Positions 40,961-54,393 of a stretch of DNA of 64,000 nt are shown in pieces. The notes under the pieces are model-generated. The model saw only the letters and a list, made by a program, of their open reading frames with translations, was not told where the DNA came from and searched no databases. The stretch's first letter is position 1. Each line of letters begins with the position of its first letter. This DNA is from Tubiluchus corallicola (Eukaryota > Animalia > Priapulida), in contig JAQGDQ010000457.1 of assembly GCA_030141605.1 (NCBI GenBank), positions 120,590 to 184,589 on the forward strand, read 5' to 3'. The position numbers and the translations under genes were made by a program.

Positions 40961-41632
40961 CGCATTGTGATTAGCTTTTAATTCAATTGCAATCTGGATA
41001 TGACAGACCAATGGCGATGAATTACACGTAATCTCAATTATCTTTTATTTGATACTGTTTAGCACAGTGTGTACCAAAATATAACATTCAAGGGCAGGGC
41101 TACTCAATGTATATGCGCGTGGTAGGACCGAAATCTAGCTTTTTATCAAAATTTCAGAGAGCTGTCTTATGAACGTTCAAATACGAATGCATCTTTCTTC
41201 AAGAGGCGAAATACCAGAAGTAGTATGACAAATTAAGTCACCATGAAACAGTTCCAGATGGTCATCCAGCTATGCACTATCCAGCTTTGGGGCTGTTCAG
41301 TTGTGATTGCCCAACATTCACTGTGACATAAAGCACATGGAGGTATAACGATAATCTTTCAATGAATTTCCGTGAAATAATGCTAGCCAATTATTTTAGA
41401 CAGGGAGAAGTCACTGTATTTGGAAAAGAAAGCTGTAACGATCAATTATCTAATTGGGTTGAAGCCAAGTCATCGTTAAATAACTAAAAAATACCAAAAG
41501 ATAGTCGTTCGTGTACATAATTACACAAAAATGTGACAGCCGCAGACGCAAAGAAATATCAGTGAAAACTAGTTATGATCAGTGCTGACCGACGTACAAA
41601 TAAGCTAATCAGTATTACTCGCTATACTGGTA

Positions 41633-42181
41633 TTGTAGCCACGTCCAAATCACGAAAACACCGGTTACTGTCTGATCACCGAAGTTAAGCAACGTAGAGC
41701 CTGGTTAGTACTTGGAGAGGTGACCGCCTAGGAATACCAGGTGCTGCAGCTCTGTGGGATGCCCGCACTGTATCTCGACACTAGGCGGAGGAGTTGCACA
41801 AGCAGCCAATGGCTAGAGGGCGGAGGAGGTCAAGTGACCCAACGGCCATGTGTAGAGGAGTAAACCTTCCAAATCAGGAGTGGAGCCCCGAAGGTGGACC
41901 AGTGCAGCATGCTCACTGACTCCGGCAACTCCTGCAGCCAACCTGGTGCCAAACGTATCACTCTGCTTTCCTTTGGACTACACCAGCGAGGAAGAGAGGG
42001 GGGTTCCTGTTGTCTGGGCAACTCAGGATCTCCACACACCTTGCTCAGGCGTGCGCCCTGGAGACGTTCAAGGAATGGATTGCTCAGCCACAGTCGACGC
42101 TGCAGTTCCATCAATGTGATCAACGACTGACTCTCTTAGCGCACACTCCATTGTCTTCCGAGACAGAAGGATGCCAACATA
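41633..42181 (+). mobile_element. Full-length 5S rRNA-derived SINE (SINE3-type)
   Basis: About 41633-41750 is 5S-like (gatcaccgaagttaagcaacgtagagcctggttagtacttgga..gtgaccgcct.ggaataccaggtgctg). It lacks a T-run terminator and continues into a 430-bp body repeated elsewhere. TSD actggta (41626-41632, 42182-42188). Confidence 0.82.
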
Positions 42182-42682
42182 ACTGGTAAAAAACAAGTAA
42201 AAGTCAAAAGCGCTTGTGACACAATCACATTCTAACATTCGGATGATAACAACATCAGATGTATTTTTAGAAAATCTCAAAAATATTAAAAATTTTATTA
42301 CAGTTTAACCATGTTCTCGTTTGTTCCGTTTATTCATTTACTCTCTTGGTCACATTTTTCCAACTCCATTATCTAATTCCAAAAGGATTTAACCAATTTA
42401 GCTAACGATTAACAAGGATCCTCAATTCAAAATATTGTAGCAAATCGCTAATTCGTCAATTCATTACAGCCGTTAAATGAATTAACTTTAAATTTGTCCA
42501 ATTTTAAAATCATTTATCAAATCAAGCTGAAATTTGGTGTGTTGTTAGTCAAGATGTCCTTGGTTGAAAGCCGAGAATTTGTAAGTAATAGTCAGTTAAT
42601 TAGAGCTGTTTAGTTAATTCTTTTTAAATTGATTTAAGTTACATGTTCCCTGGATCTAATTGAGTTGAAATTTGTTGTAACA

Positions 42683-43097
42683 TGTGAAAGTTGTAACTGT
42701 ATATTTTAGGTGCTGCCATCTATTGATTAGTTACTTTAACTAGTTCAATTCACCCCTAGTACAATTGTTCGGTCCAGTGAATATGCAAACTCACTGGATC
42801 TCCCCTATTTTCACTGTAATGGGATATGTGAAGCCAAGTTTTTGCATAGTTCTCTACCTATATAAACTGGCTAGATTTCACTGCTAGTCACTCTCTGTCT
42901 CAGGCAGTGCAGTCATGTTACACACTGTCTCTCTGTCACACACTCAGTGCTGTGCAGCAGTTGTGATCTTCATTTTACTTGTGCATTTTACTGTGTATTT
43001 AGTGCAATAAAAGTGTTTCAGTTTTGTGCAAACATGTAATCTTGTGTTTAGTTGTTTATACCAGTGTTCAATTTCAACTTCACAAATAACTTTCACA
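42683..43097 (+). mobile_element. Solo LTR
   Basis: tgtgaaagtt...aactttcaca inverted ends, 5-bp TSD taaca on both sides, TATA (ctatataaa, about 42858) and AATAAA (about 43006). Confidence 0.88.
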
Positions 43098-43273
43098 TAA
43101 CACAATTAACTAGGATGTTCCTGATTCAACTCAGAAATATGTAGCAACTCAAATAATTACTCAATTAGTTACAACCGTTTAATTAATTGAATGTGATTTA
43201 AATTGTTCTCATTATATAATCGAAACAATTAAAATTTTGGTAAGATGATTATCTATGATGTCGTTGGTTCAAA

Positions 43274-43527
43274 TCGTGCCGTCGTATCGCTCCGCTCTCC
43301 TTTGGACTACACCACGGAGGAAGAGAGGGGTGTCCTGTTGTCTGGGTAACTCAGGATCTCCATACACCTTGCCCAGGCGTGCGCCCTGGAGAGGCCTTTC
43401 CAGTGGTTCAAGGATCGGATTGCTCAACCACAGTCGACGCTGCAGCTCCATCAATGTGATCAATAACTGACTCTCTTGGCGCATACTCCAATGTCTTCCG
43501 AGACAGAAGGATGCCAACAAGAACAAC
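43274..43527 (+). mobile_element. 5'-truncated copy of the 5S-headed SINE
   Basis: Matches about 41955-42178; TSD cgttggttcaaa / cgctggttcaaa. Confidence 0.8.
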
Positions 43528-45996
43528 GCTGGTTCAAAACAAGAAAATGTAGCAATTTGTTGATTAGTTAATGAATTACATTTGTTTAATAACAAACCTT
43601 GATTACTTTCTGGTTTTGCTAACTGCACATTTTCAACACTTACAACTGAGGATGACGGCAGACGGGTGTTGAAATGTTTTGTGGTTTTATTTTAATAATA
43701 TTAGTTTTTTACAATCGTTCTGCGCTTGAAATGTTTAGGATCACATTCCGTCGTTCTCCACATTTGTACCATACTACCAAAGCGTAAAACTTTTAACGTT
43801 ATAACACAAGTCATCCATGTATTTATAACCTTATCATTGCCACTATTATTGAAATTATTAAAAATGGAATCTGCAATACGTTGATCGCTACAACTTTCTT
43901 TTTTACCAAAAAAAACTCTGGCTTTCTTCTATCTAAAATCATTGGCCGGCACCTGTTCCACAGAAATTCAAGGAGATATCAACGATGGATAACCATCTGG
44001 AACTGTTCCTTGGCGGTTTAATTTGTCATGTTGCCTTTAAGCCAATTCTCCTATTGAGGAAACATTTATTCATTTTCGAACGTAGGTAAAGTCACCTCTG
44101 TTACATCTTGACAGTGACCTAGAATTCGGTCCTGCCACACCCATATATATTAAGTAGAACCTGCCCTTGAGGGTTGGATTCTGGTTTGCACTATGCTGAA
44201 CCGAAGGAAATAAAAAATAACTGAGATTACCTGTACTTGATTGCTATTGGCTGTCATGTCCAAATTGCGTGTGAATTAAAAGCGATGCACAATGCAACTG
44301 AAGCCATGCATTACAGAGCAACTGAAAGCGGATCTCAACTAACTCTTGCTTGTAAACATGCTTACAGTAATTATCAGCTAAACGCTGCCCTGCATCTGAC
44401 AGCAAAATCATCACATCCGGTCTTCTCGTTTGTTGCTATTAGCTCCAGATTAGTCTTGCCTTCTGACATCATTGAAAATTTTCTTGTTTGACTCTACAAC
44501 CATAATGCGTCATTTACAACCATAACTTACCATAAGTATTGAAAGTTATCATTATAGAGATAATATGCAACGCAAATGTACTTTAATATCAACAGTCATT
44601 ACTTCGCATTCAATTTTCTCCCGGAATTTTCCTTGGATTCCCTGAAGCGGTGGGAATTCTAAAGGTCTTCTGAAAAGCAAAGCATTGTATAGAGAAGACG
44701 CGCAGTTTGGGTTAGAGTTTTGTACCAATGGGAAACAACAAAAAACACTTCAATATTTTAGTGCTAGGTGTCTTGTCTGACACATTGAAAAAGATCTACT
44801 TAATGTGCGCAAGAATAGTGTGTGCGTTGTCGACCTGTAATGTGCCATGTAGTGGGTGCATAGGCCCTTTTTTGGTTTTAATTTACTGCCACGGTGCTGC
44901 CACCTGTTTGTTTATTTAGTTGGCTTTTTTCCTTTTACAGTAGTCACTCTTTTAAAATTGAAGCACCTAATATGAATACATTAGCATTTTTGCCTTTCGT
45001 GAGCTATAGCTATAGTAGTTGTATGACACTTTACCTGTCCTTTGGCCATTGCTCTATTTTTCTGACTGTGATGAGCATTATGACTGTGAATTTCTTACAA
45101 ATTTATTGTTGTGACATTGTTGTTCTTAAGGCTACTTGGAGTTCTCATTCCTGTCTTTGTAACTGTTAAAGGCTCTAACAACGTTAAACTGCTGTTTTGT
45201 ATCCATTTCGTGCCATGATATACTTTGCAACCCATAATGTTCATCATAATAATAAAGCTTCTTTGAATCTATTTGTGGATCTGTTTGCCTTACTATCTGT
45301 CTGATAACAAGAGACTAGGTACTTTGGTATGAAATTTAAATATAATCATTGAAAAAATTATACTGCAAAATACAATTAACATTTTATCAAAAGTCCATAT
45401 TCAGTCCTTGCTTTTTCAGTTTCATCTTTTGATCAAATTTTGTGTAAAACATTTACCTGTAATTATTGCATTTTATTCCGTCATTAAAACCGCTTTACAT
45501 ACAATTTGTTGTGTGTCTCTTTATGTCCTTTGTATGCCTTGCCGTTTAATCTAATCTAAATACTTATATATTTGTGATTCATGCTTTATTTACCCGTGTT
45601 TGTATAGCAACATGTCCATGCAGGCCACACAGTAATTGATTATAATATCGAGCAGACCTCATAATTGCCAAGTTTGACGTCATTCAATTGTGTTTTTGAG
45701 ACAAATAGCGGGGAAGGAAACACCTGGCGTTGACACTGTAACCATGGAAACGCCAAAATATCAATCTACAACAACTGTAGTAACATAATTTGTCCTGATA
45801 TTGGAAACAACGGTTGTATTAAGTATCAGAATAATGGCTGTCACATCTGCCTCTTGTTTTGTTTGATTTTGCCTCGTGAATGACAATATTCTGTTAGACG
45901 TAGTGCGTCGCACGAGCAGAACCTGTCCATTTGGTTATGATTTAATTCAATCTCATTTTTGTGCACCATATATGTATGTACGTGTGTGTGTATGTT

Positions 45997-46055
<59 letters not shown>

Positions 46056-46123
46056 TTGCGTGTGTGCGTGCGCGCGCGCGCGTGTCCATTTGATGGACAG
46101 CTGTTAAAACTGTTTCCTGTTCA

Positions 46124-46286
46124 TCAATTATTAGTGTGCATAATGCGGGAACCTTTGTGGATCAGTACGAGAGATTTTAAAAAAATAGGTACCACATATA
46201 TGTGGGAACTTCGTGGATCATACTTTTTTTTAAAATCTGTCTTACTAATTCACAAGGGTTCCCGCATAATGCATATTAATAATTGA
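46124..46286. mobile_element. Small foldback element (about 160 bp)
   Basis: tcaattattagtgtgcataatgcgggaacc ... ggttcccgcataatgcatattaataattga inverted arms. Confidence 0.6.
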
Positions 46287-46329
46287 CAATCGAGTATTAT
46301 AGTTTAATTGTGTAAATAAATAAATATCG

Positions 46330-47302
46330 TACGGAAAAACTTCTTATACACGCCTAAAATACACAGGCCATTTATCAAAACTCAAAAACGTCAATCAACT
46401 TTTGAAAGGTTTGGAACTTGCTGCAGTGATCAAAGGTGCATCATTTACTGAAGTGAGTAGGGAACTCTATAACTTGAGCAACACGGTTGCAGAAAAAATA
46501 CCCAAAACCTTTTTTACCCGTTCTACGAACATTCAGCCTTGGAGTTTGGTTACTTTTTGTCGTACAAGTGAGTGTTCTGGTAAAAATTTTTCTGCATCTA
46601 AATTAACATCCCTATGAATTATACTGCAGCACGTAGTCGTTTCTCCTCTAACGAGCTGTAACCTGTAATGATGGGTTTTGAGTCTTCCTGGATAGGTTTC
46701 ATGTATAAGTTCTAAGTTACATCTATAGTATAATTGCCTTGTAAACCATCCTTGCACATTTTCAGCAATATCTACATCCCTATGCAATGACGGGCTCCAT
46801 ATAGGAGAACAATATTCAACGATGAGCCTCACATAAACTCTTCATATTTTAAGTAGAACGCTCCAATTTTCAGTACTAAAAATACGAAAGATTGAAATCG
46901 TTACCCTGTTGGTACCAGTTGAAATTTCAGTGCAATGTGCTTTTGCATTTAAGATGCAAGACACCTTAATACCAAGGTCTTTTACAACAGAAGGGCTAGA
47001 ATTGAAGAAATGTGCATGTAATACCCATTCCTGGGATTAATTTTTCCCACCGTGAAGTCCATTGCATTTGTTAATGTAGCAATTTTCCCTTGCCAGGTGT
47101 TGGACTAATTTACAGTCTCATGTAATGCATCCTCTAAATCACTAAAGCCATCTGTCACGGCGCATTGACATAATTTTACTTCATCGACAAAAGGTTTCAC
47201 TGTTGCTAAGACTGCATTTTCAGTGACATCATTAATAAAAAGCAAAAATAAGATACGGCCACGAACAATGCCTTGAACTACACCAGACGATACAGTTACA
47301 TA
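46330..47302 (-). mobile_element. Decayed CR1-like LINE RT fragment
   Basis: VSSGVVQGIVRGRILFLLFINDV...PFVDEVKL and YVRLIVEYCSPIWSP...ENVQGWFTR. Confidence 0.8.
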
Positions 47303-48254
47303 ACAATGCCTTGAACTACACCAGACGATACAGTTACATAACAATGCCTTGAACTACACCAGACGATAAAGTCACATAACAATGCCTAGAACTACACCAG
47401 ACGATACAGTTACATAACAATGCCTTGAACTACACCAGACGATACAGTTACATAACAATGCCTTGAACTACACCAGACGATACAGTTACATAACAATGCC
47501 TTGAACTACACCAGACGATACAGTTACATAACAATGCCTTGAACTACACCAGACGATACAGTTACATAACAATGCCTTGAACTACGCCAGACGATACAGT
47601 TACATAACAATGCCTTGAACTACACCAGACGATACAGTTACATAACAATGCCTTGAACTACACCAGACGATACAGTTACATAACAATGCCTTGAACTACA
47701 CCAGACGATACAGTTACATAACAATGCCTTGAACTACACCAGACGATACAGTTACATAACAATGCCTTGAACTACACCAGACGATACAGTTACATAACAA
47801 TGCCTTGAACTACACCAGACGATACAGTTACATAACAATGCCTTGAACTACACCAGACGATACAGTTACATAACAATGCCTTGAACTACACCAGACGATA
47901 CAGTTACATAACAATGCCTTGAACTACACCAGACGATACAGTTACATAACAATGCCTTGAACTACACCAGACGATACAGTTACATAACAATGCCTTGAAC
48001 TACACCAGACGATACAGTTACATAACAATGCCTTGAACTACACCAGATGATACAGTTACATAACAATGCCTTGAACTACGCCAGACGATACAGTTACATA
48101 ACAATGCCCTGAACTACGCCAGACGATACAGTTACATAACAATGCCTTGAACTACGCCAGACGATACAGTTACATAACAATGCCTTGAGCTACACCAGAC
48201 GATACAGTTACATAACAATGCCCTGAACTACGCCAGACGATACAGTTACATAAC
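47265..48254. repeat. 38-bp minisatellite, about 26 copies, derived from LINE RT coding sequence
   Basis: Unit acaatgccttgaactacaccagacgatacagttacata. Confidence 0.96.
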
Positions 48255-49468
48255 TTGCAAGTCACGCTCAACATAGGAATGAAAATCTTGAACTTTCATG
48301 ATGTTTGTGTTTACTTTTTGACTTGGTGTTAGCTATTTTATTAAAATGTAAAACACTTCTTCTGTGTTTATTTCCAGCTTTTCTTTGTCTAGTGTGTCAT
48401 TTTAGTAACATTAATAGGCAACTGTTATCGCGAAGCTCACGATTTCCTGATTTTATTTTTATTAATTATTAATTTGTAATTATTATCAATAGTCATATTA
48501 TTACATTCTCTTGTTAAAGTATTAAATTAAAATCCCATACAAGAAATTTCAGCTATAAAATAAGTTTATTTCTTTGTATGCGGTCTAAACTTTCATCCTT
48601 GAACTAGTATGCATAACATTTACCTTCACTGAATTGCTGGCTTCCTTGCTTCATGGAAAATTTTACCTGGGCAGTTGGTTTTTACAGATCACATTGTAAG
48701 CATGTGACTTGACAGAGATAGAGAGCAATGTATGGTTTCACTACTAATTCGGAAAATAAAGTTTATGAGATATAAAAAGAACCTCACCTGTATTCTACTT
48801 TATTTATCAGTGTCTTAGCACTTACCTTTAGAGTTTCTTCATAACTGTCTATTTTTGCTTCTATTTTAAAATCACAGGTTTTGTTCATTGAAGAGTCATA
48901 CATTTGTTTGAGGTTAAAATAATTTGCTAGCAACATTGTAACAACCTGTAAGTTTAAATGTGAGCAACTGTGAACATTAAATTTAATCTTCATATTAGAA
49001 AGGCCTAGTATGTGTGATAAGTTATGCAACCCCTACTTAAGTCGTAAGGCTAATAACTGTCACTGAATAAAATGTTCTTTGTAATACCTTTAATTTTGAA
49101 ATTTTTTTTGTGACACGACTTTGCACACATTATGGCGTGTTAGTTTTCTTATTTAAAATGTCTTTCACTTTTGAAGTGAAGTTAACTGTTGAAATAGATA
49201 AAATAATTTAATTATAGTTTCTAAAAGTGTAAATTGTTTAAAATGGTATGTTAATACATTGTGTTCTGCGACTTTGAGTCAAGAAATGTTTTGCTTTTTC
49301 CTGCATTTTGCAGCTAAAAGACTTGCAAATTAAAAATGCTGCTATTTTAATGATAGTTATGTAATTAGTCTGTTGCTTATTGAACCTTTACAAGTCTTGA
49401 GTATACGAAGTGTTAGGATTTGTTGGGTACAAAAGACATTCAATTACAGCGAAACGATGCATTAGAGA

Positions 49469-49738
49469 CAGGGCCTATTTCAGCCTAAGCGAGGCCCGGG
49501 GAAGTGGGGCGTGTGAGGCCCCCTCGGGGGGGGGGGCGAAGCACCAGAAAGTTTTTGAACTGCTAGAACGCCGGAGAAGCATTTTCGAAGAGAAAATATG
49601 GAGTTATACAGTTGTTAAAGGAAAGAACAATTGAATGTTCGCATAAAGCAAAAAATGTTACCTCGGCGCGAGGCCCCCCTGGAGGGTGAGGCCCCGGGGA
49701 AGTATCCCCACTTACCACCCCCCCTGAAATAGGCCCTG
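49469..49738. mobile_element. hAT MITE
   Basis: TIR cagggcctatttca; perfect 8-bp TSD attagaga. Confidence 0.92.
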
Positions 49739-50406
49739 ATTAGAGAAAAATGCATATTTTCCAGACCCAAGTGGATACCCAGCGGTGTCCCTAAACCCTC
49801 ATCATTATAGACTGTTTGGTGACGTCTCAAATGGTCCACATTATCAGAGGTTGCATCCAATCTCAGTGCTTCTTCTTCGGCTACATTTAATATTTTCTGC
49901 AATGCGAAATGCATATGCTCATAGTAAACGTTTTAACGACGTATAATACGACCACGTTTTAGCAACAGATAACAAGCTGTGCACAGTTTTTACATCTTTT
50001 CTGTAGATATATTTCTACTAGACTTAATATTATTTATTTTGATGTGATTCACAGAAAATGTGCATACAGTTTGTACGTCAGGCTGAATAAGAATGAAAAT
50101 TTTATATGCAAGAACATTTTAAACAGTGATGCAAACTTTACTTCTGTAATTAGACGTCATTGGCGTAGTTTGTTATATCGTTAATTGTTATTTGTGTTAT
50201 TGTTGTGTGTCATGATTTATAGTATTATTTGTATTAATTTGTGATGTGTATATGAACTTTGTGAAGTTTGAATAAAATATTAAATCTAAATCTAAAAAAA
50301 TCTGTACGTGTATTTTGATTTCTGTACCACACAGTATGTATAATATCATTCACTCTAAGTAATTCGCTTTCGTTGAGTTAACCTATAAACCTGGTTTTCT
50401 AGATTA

Positions 50407-51567
50407 TTACATTTGTCCGTAATGAATATCATCACCGTGGTACCCCCTGAGTTGCCGGATTTGCTCGTTGCTTTTGATATACTCAAAATCGTAGCCGGCT
50501 AGTTCAATAAACTGGCCACATTCTCTTTCAATTTCTTTAATTTGTTTCTTGGGCAATCGAGACTTCCATTGTTGAGCTACGGCACTGGAATTCGCTCGAT
50601 ACGTATTGGCTATGCCTATTTTTTCAGTCACAGTACTATTACCAACGGCATGCGACTGCAAGAAGTCATGGGTATCGTCATGGTAGCTCAAACCAACAAA
50701 ATTAAACATGTCCTTTGTAATCCCAATAGGGTCCATAGCAAGAGCTTCGTATTTGACAAATTTAATGGCGTCTGGTGCAATTTCGCTGCTTGTAGCGCCG
50801 TCTAGGTTCTCCAGTAGATCGAAGCATAGCTCTTTGGCGTCTTTATCCATGGGGCTATTTTTCATCCAGGATGTGTTAATTCGAGAGTTTATCAAGCCTC
50901 TCGGGTCTCTCATGAGGTAGATGATTTTGACGTTATAACCTGGAAGGTTTAGCAACGGGATTAAATCAATGGCATGTAAACGTAGCACCTTCATCACGTG
51001 AAACTCGTATTCCATGCACACGCTGCGCATTAAATCAGCAGTTATTTTGGCAGCGGGACACGATATTCTCCGCTGTTCCTCCCACATGGTATCACACCCT
51101 AATTTGCGAGCCACCGCCCGACTTTTGTAAGGCCTAAAGTGTCTTAAAAATGCAAGGTACGGTGTTAATTGGTCGTAAGCGCACCTTTGCAGCCTCTTTA
51201 TTATTCTTCGCCCTTTCCACACCATAATATCGCTTCTTCTGTAGCCAAAATGCGGGAAGAGGTTATGTACAGCTGAGTACATGACCGGCTCGTAGACGTA
51301 GAACACACTTGGATGGGAGTTAAAGATCTCTCCTAGAAATGTGGAACCGCCTCTTCGGTAGCCCAACAACACCACCAAAGTTTTGCGTTTTAGTTCATCG
51401 GTGCAGTTAGAACTTGAGCAAAGTAACTTCCGAATGTCCGCTGGTTTGGGATTACCTTCAGCGTCGCTTACTGTTACTGTTCGAAAATGGAGGAAGCTTC
51501 CCAGTACGACACTGCATACTATAATCGCAGATAATATCAAGAATTTCCTGGTATAAAATTCTATCAT
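50407..51567 (-). CDS. Golgi carbohydrate sulfotransferase (CHST1/3/4/5-like Gal/GlcNAc-6-O-sulfotransferase family), single coding exon, 386 aa
   Basis: N-terminal type II TM segment; 5'-PSB RRGGSTFLGEIF, FYVYEP, 3'-PB RDPRGLINSR, KYEALAMDP, W..L....I..IE..C. Confidence 0.93.
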   Translation of the reverse strand: MIEFYTRKFLILSAIIVCSVVLGSFLHFRTVTVSDAEGNPKPADIRKLLCSSSNCTDELKRKTLVVLLGYRRGGSTFLGEIFNSHPSVFYVYEPVMYSAVHNLFPHFGYRRSDIMVWKGRRIIKRLQRCAYDQLTPYLAFLRHFRPYKSRAVARKLGCDTMWEEQRRISCPAAKITADLMRSVCMEYEFHVMKVLRLHAIDLIPLLNLPGYNVKIIYLMRDPRGLINSRINTSWMKNSPMDKDAKELCFDLLENLDGATSSEIAPDAIKFVKYEALAMDPIGITKDMFNFVGLSYHDDTHDFLQSHAVGNSTVTEKIGIANTYRANSSAVAQQWKSRLPKKQIKEIERECGQFIELAGYDFEYIKSNEQIRQLRGYHGDDIHYGQM

Positions 51568-51824
51568 CTCACGAACATGCTATGTGGCGCAGCAGACTGC
51601 CCACTTACTAAGAAAAAGAATAACGAATGTTTGCTTTACATTATAAAACCAAAATACGTGCGTTCGCTATGCTTGTTCAGTCACTATGGCCTTTACATGT
51701 AGTATAGTCATAAGCATCTGATAACCTATATAATCAAGGACGCTTTATACGTCTGCAGCCAAGCACGACAGGAGCACGAGCGTTGAGCAAGTGACCGTAT
51801 AACTTCATTGCTATTTTCATACAA

Positions 51825-52320
<496 letters not shown>

Positions 52321-52944
52321 TTATTTCACTCCAGCAATACGTATACAATACATCAACATACAAAATTATTGAAACAAAAAGAAACAGTATAGGTAAAAAA
52401 ACGTTGATGAAGTCAACTTAACCAAATAAAAGAGTTGCTGTATGACACCTTGAAAGTTTGTCTTGTTAGGGTGGCAGAAATGAGTGAATGAAAGAATGGT
52501 TAGTGTTAGTACACATGATGGAATGGAAAAACAGTAAGATTAGGGATAGGAAGAAGGAAAAGAGGAGAAGAAACGACCACAGTGTATGTTTAATTTACAT
52601 AGAGGTATATTAAAACAGCATTAATATTGATTGGAGGCCATATATTGCGACTGCATTAGACATTGAAGCATTAAAATTGTATTATAAGTATGAATCAAAA
52701 ACGGTCCTTTTCAAGTACTTTTTGAAACTATAAATAGTTTTGTGTATTTTTACTTGGGCACTTAATTTATTCCCCTTATTGGGGGCTGTGAATTTAATAA
52801 AGTGCTTCAATGAGCCCAGTGGTCATTTGCGGTATGGGCCGTATGGCTTGCATTTTATAGGCGCTGAATCGTTTATTGGGATTATAGAAAATAATAAAAG
52901 GCCAAATAAAGGAACAAAGTAAAAGTGATTTTTGTAGTACAATG

Positions 52945-53377
52945 AATTATTAAAGTATGCACGGAAATGCATGATTGTTGAATAACTCAGTATTAAAAGG
53001 GTGTTGATACGTTAACACAAAACAAAAAAAAATTATTAAAGTATGCACGGCAATGTATGATTGTGGAATAACTCAGTATTAAAAGGGTGTTCGTACGTTA
53101 ACACAAAACAAAAATAAATTATTAAAGTATGCACGGAAATGTATGATTGTGGAATAACTCAGTATTAAAAGGGTGTTGATACGTTAACACAAAACAAAAA
53201 TAAATTATTAAAGTATACACGGAAATGTATGATTGTCGAATAACTCAGTATTAAAAGGGTGTTCGTACGTTAACACAAAACAAAAATAAATTATTAAAGT
53301 ATGCACGGAAATGTATGATTGTGGAATAACTCAGTATTAAAAGGGTGTTGATACGTTAACACAAAACAAAAATAAAA
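52945..53377. repeat. 86-bp tandem repeat, 5 copies
   Basis: Unit aattattaaagtatgcacggaaatgtatgattgtggaataactcagtattaaaagggtgttgatacgttaacacaaaacaaaaata. Confidence 0.93.
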
Positions 53378-54148
53378 AGGTCGTTTTTATGCGAGAAAGT
53401 GGTTTATAAAACCTGAAGAGAATACAAAGCGATTTGAATGTTGACGTCGTCAAAATAAGTTTACGTGACCACAATTTGAAATCCATGTACACAGGAAAAA
53501 CCGTATTTTCTACCTTTAGGCAACGTTACCGTTTTTCGTCTATGATGGGTAATTGGCTAGTTTTTCAGCAGTAATTGTCATAAAGTAAAAATAGTAATTG
53601 CTGTTATTACAATTAACATTAAATAAATGTAGATGTACAATGTCTTCCATTTTCACTATAGAACTCAGACTTCTCTCCATTAGAAAAAAGGTGCTTGTTT
53701 CTTCTGATCTTTACTGACAGTTTTACTTTGTACCCACCTTTTTTTTACACAATTCACCCCAAACTAGGCCAATGGCCACTCGAGCTGAAAGGATACAGTA
53801 TAGTGAGTATTCTCTGTCTACGTATAGTTGTGTTATCCTTTATGGGGAAATGCATTCCTTTTAATTTAGGCTAAGCTATGGTGAGGGTATTAAGGCAGCA
53901 ACGTAATTCACAGTCGCTTCAGGTGGGCTGTTTTGCTTTGTCGATAGTTTGACTTTGTTTTGTTAAAATTACCCATTGCTTTGGGCTACGATTACGTCCA
54001 CGAAGGTTTCTCTGTCGAGAACGTACCGATTTTCGCCGTCACAGAAGTCAAAATAAACCATAATTTGTTTGTCGCCTGCAGCATGTGATGAATCTACGTT
54101 TACTTGGTACTGATTTTAGCCATCACCATTTAACCATTAATAATTCAT

Positions 54149-54393
<245 letters not shown>

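Noticed and set aside
41633-41750. Functional 5S rRNA gene
   Set aside because: Degenerate 5' end, no oligo-T terminator, fused to a repeated body and bounded by a TSD, so it is a SINE head.
45834-45975. ATG-initiated frame with in-frame TGA (selenoprotein or F-box-like exon)
   Set aside because: No redox motif, SECIS or homology visible; probably chance.
48826-48945. Possible minus-strand exon (VVTMLLANYF...EETLK, cag/gtaagt) and nearby frame 49740-49900
   Set aside because: Good splice sites but no recognisable homology and no consistent multi-exon model.
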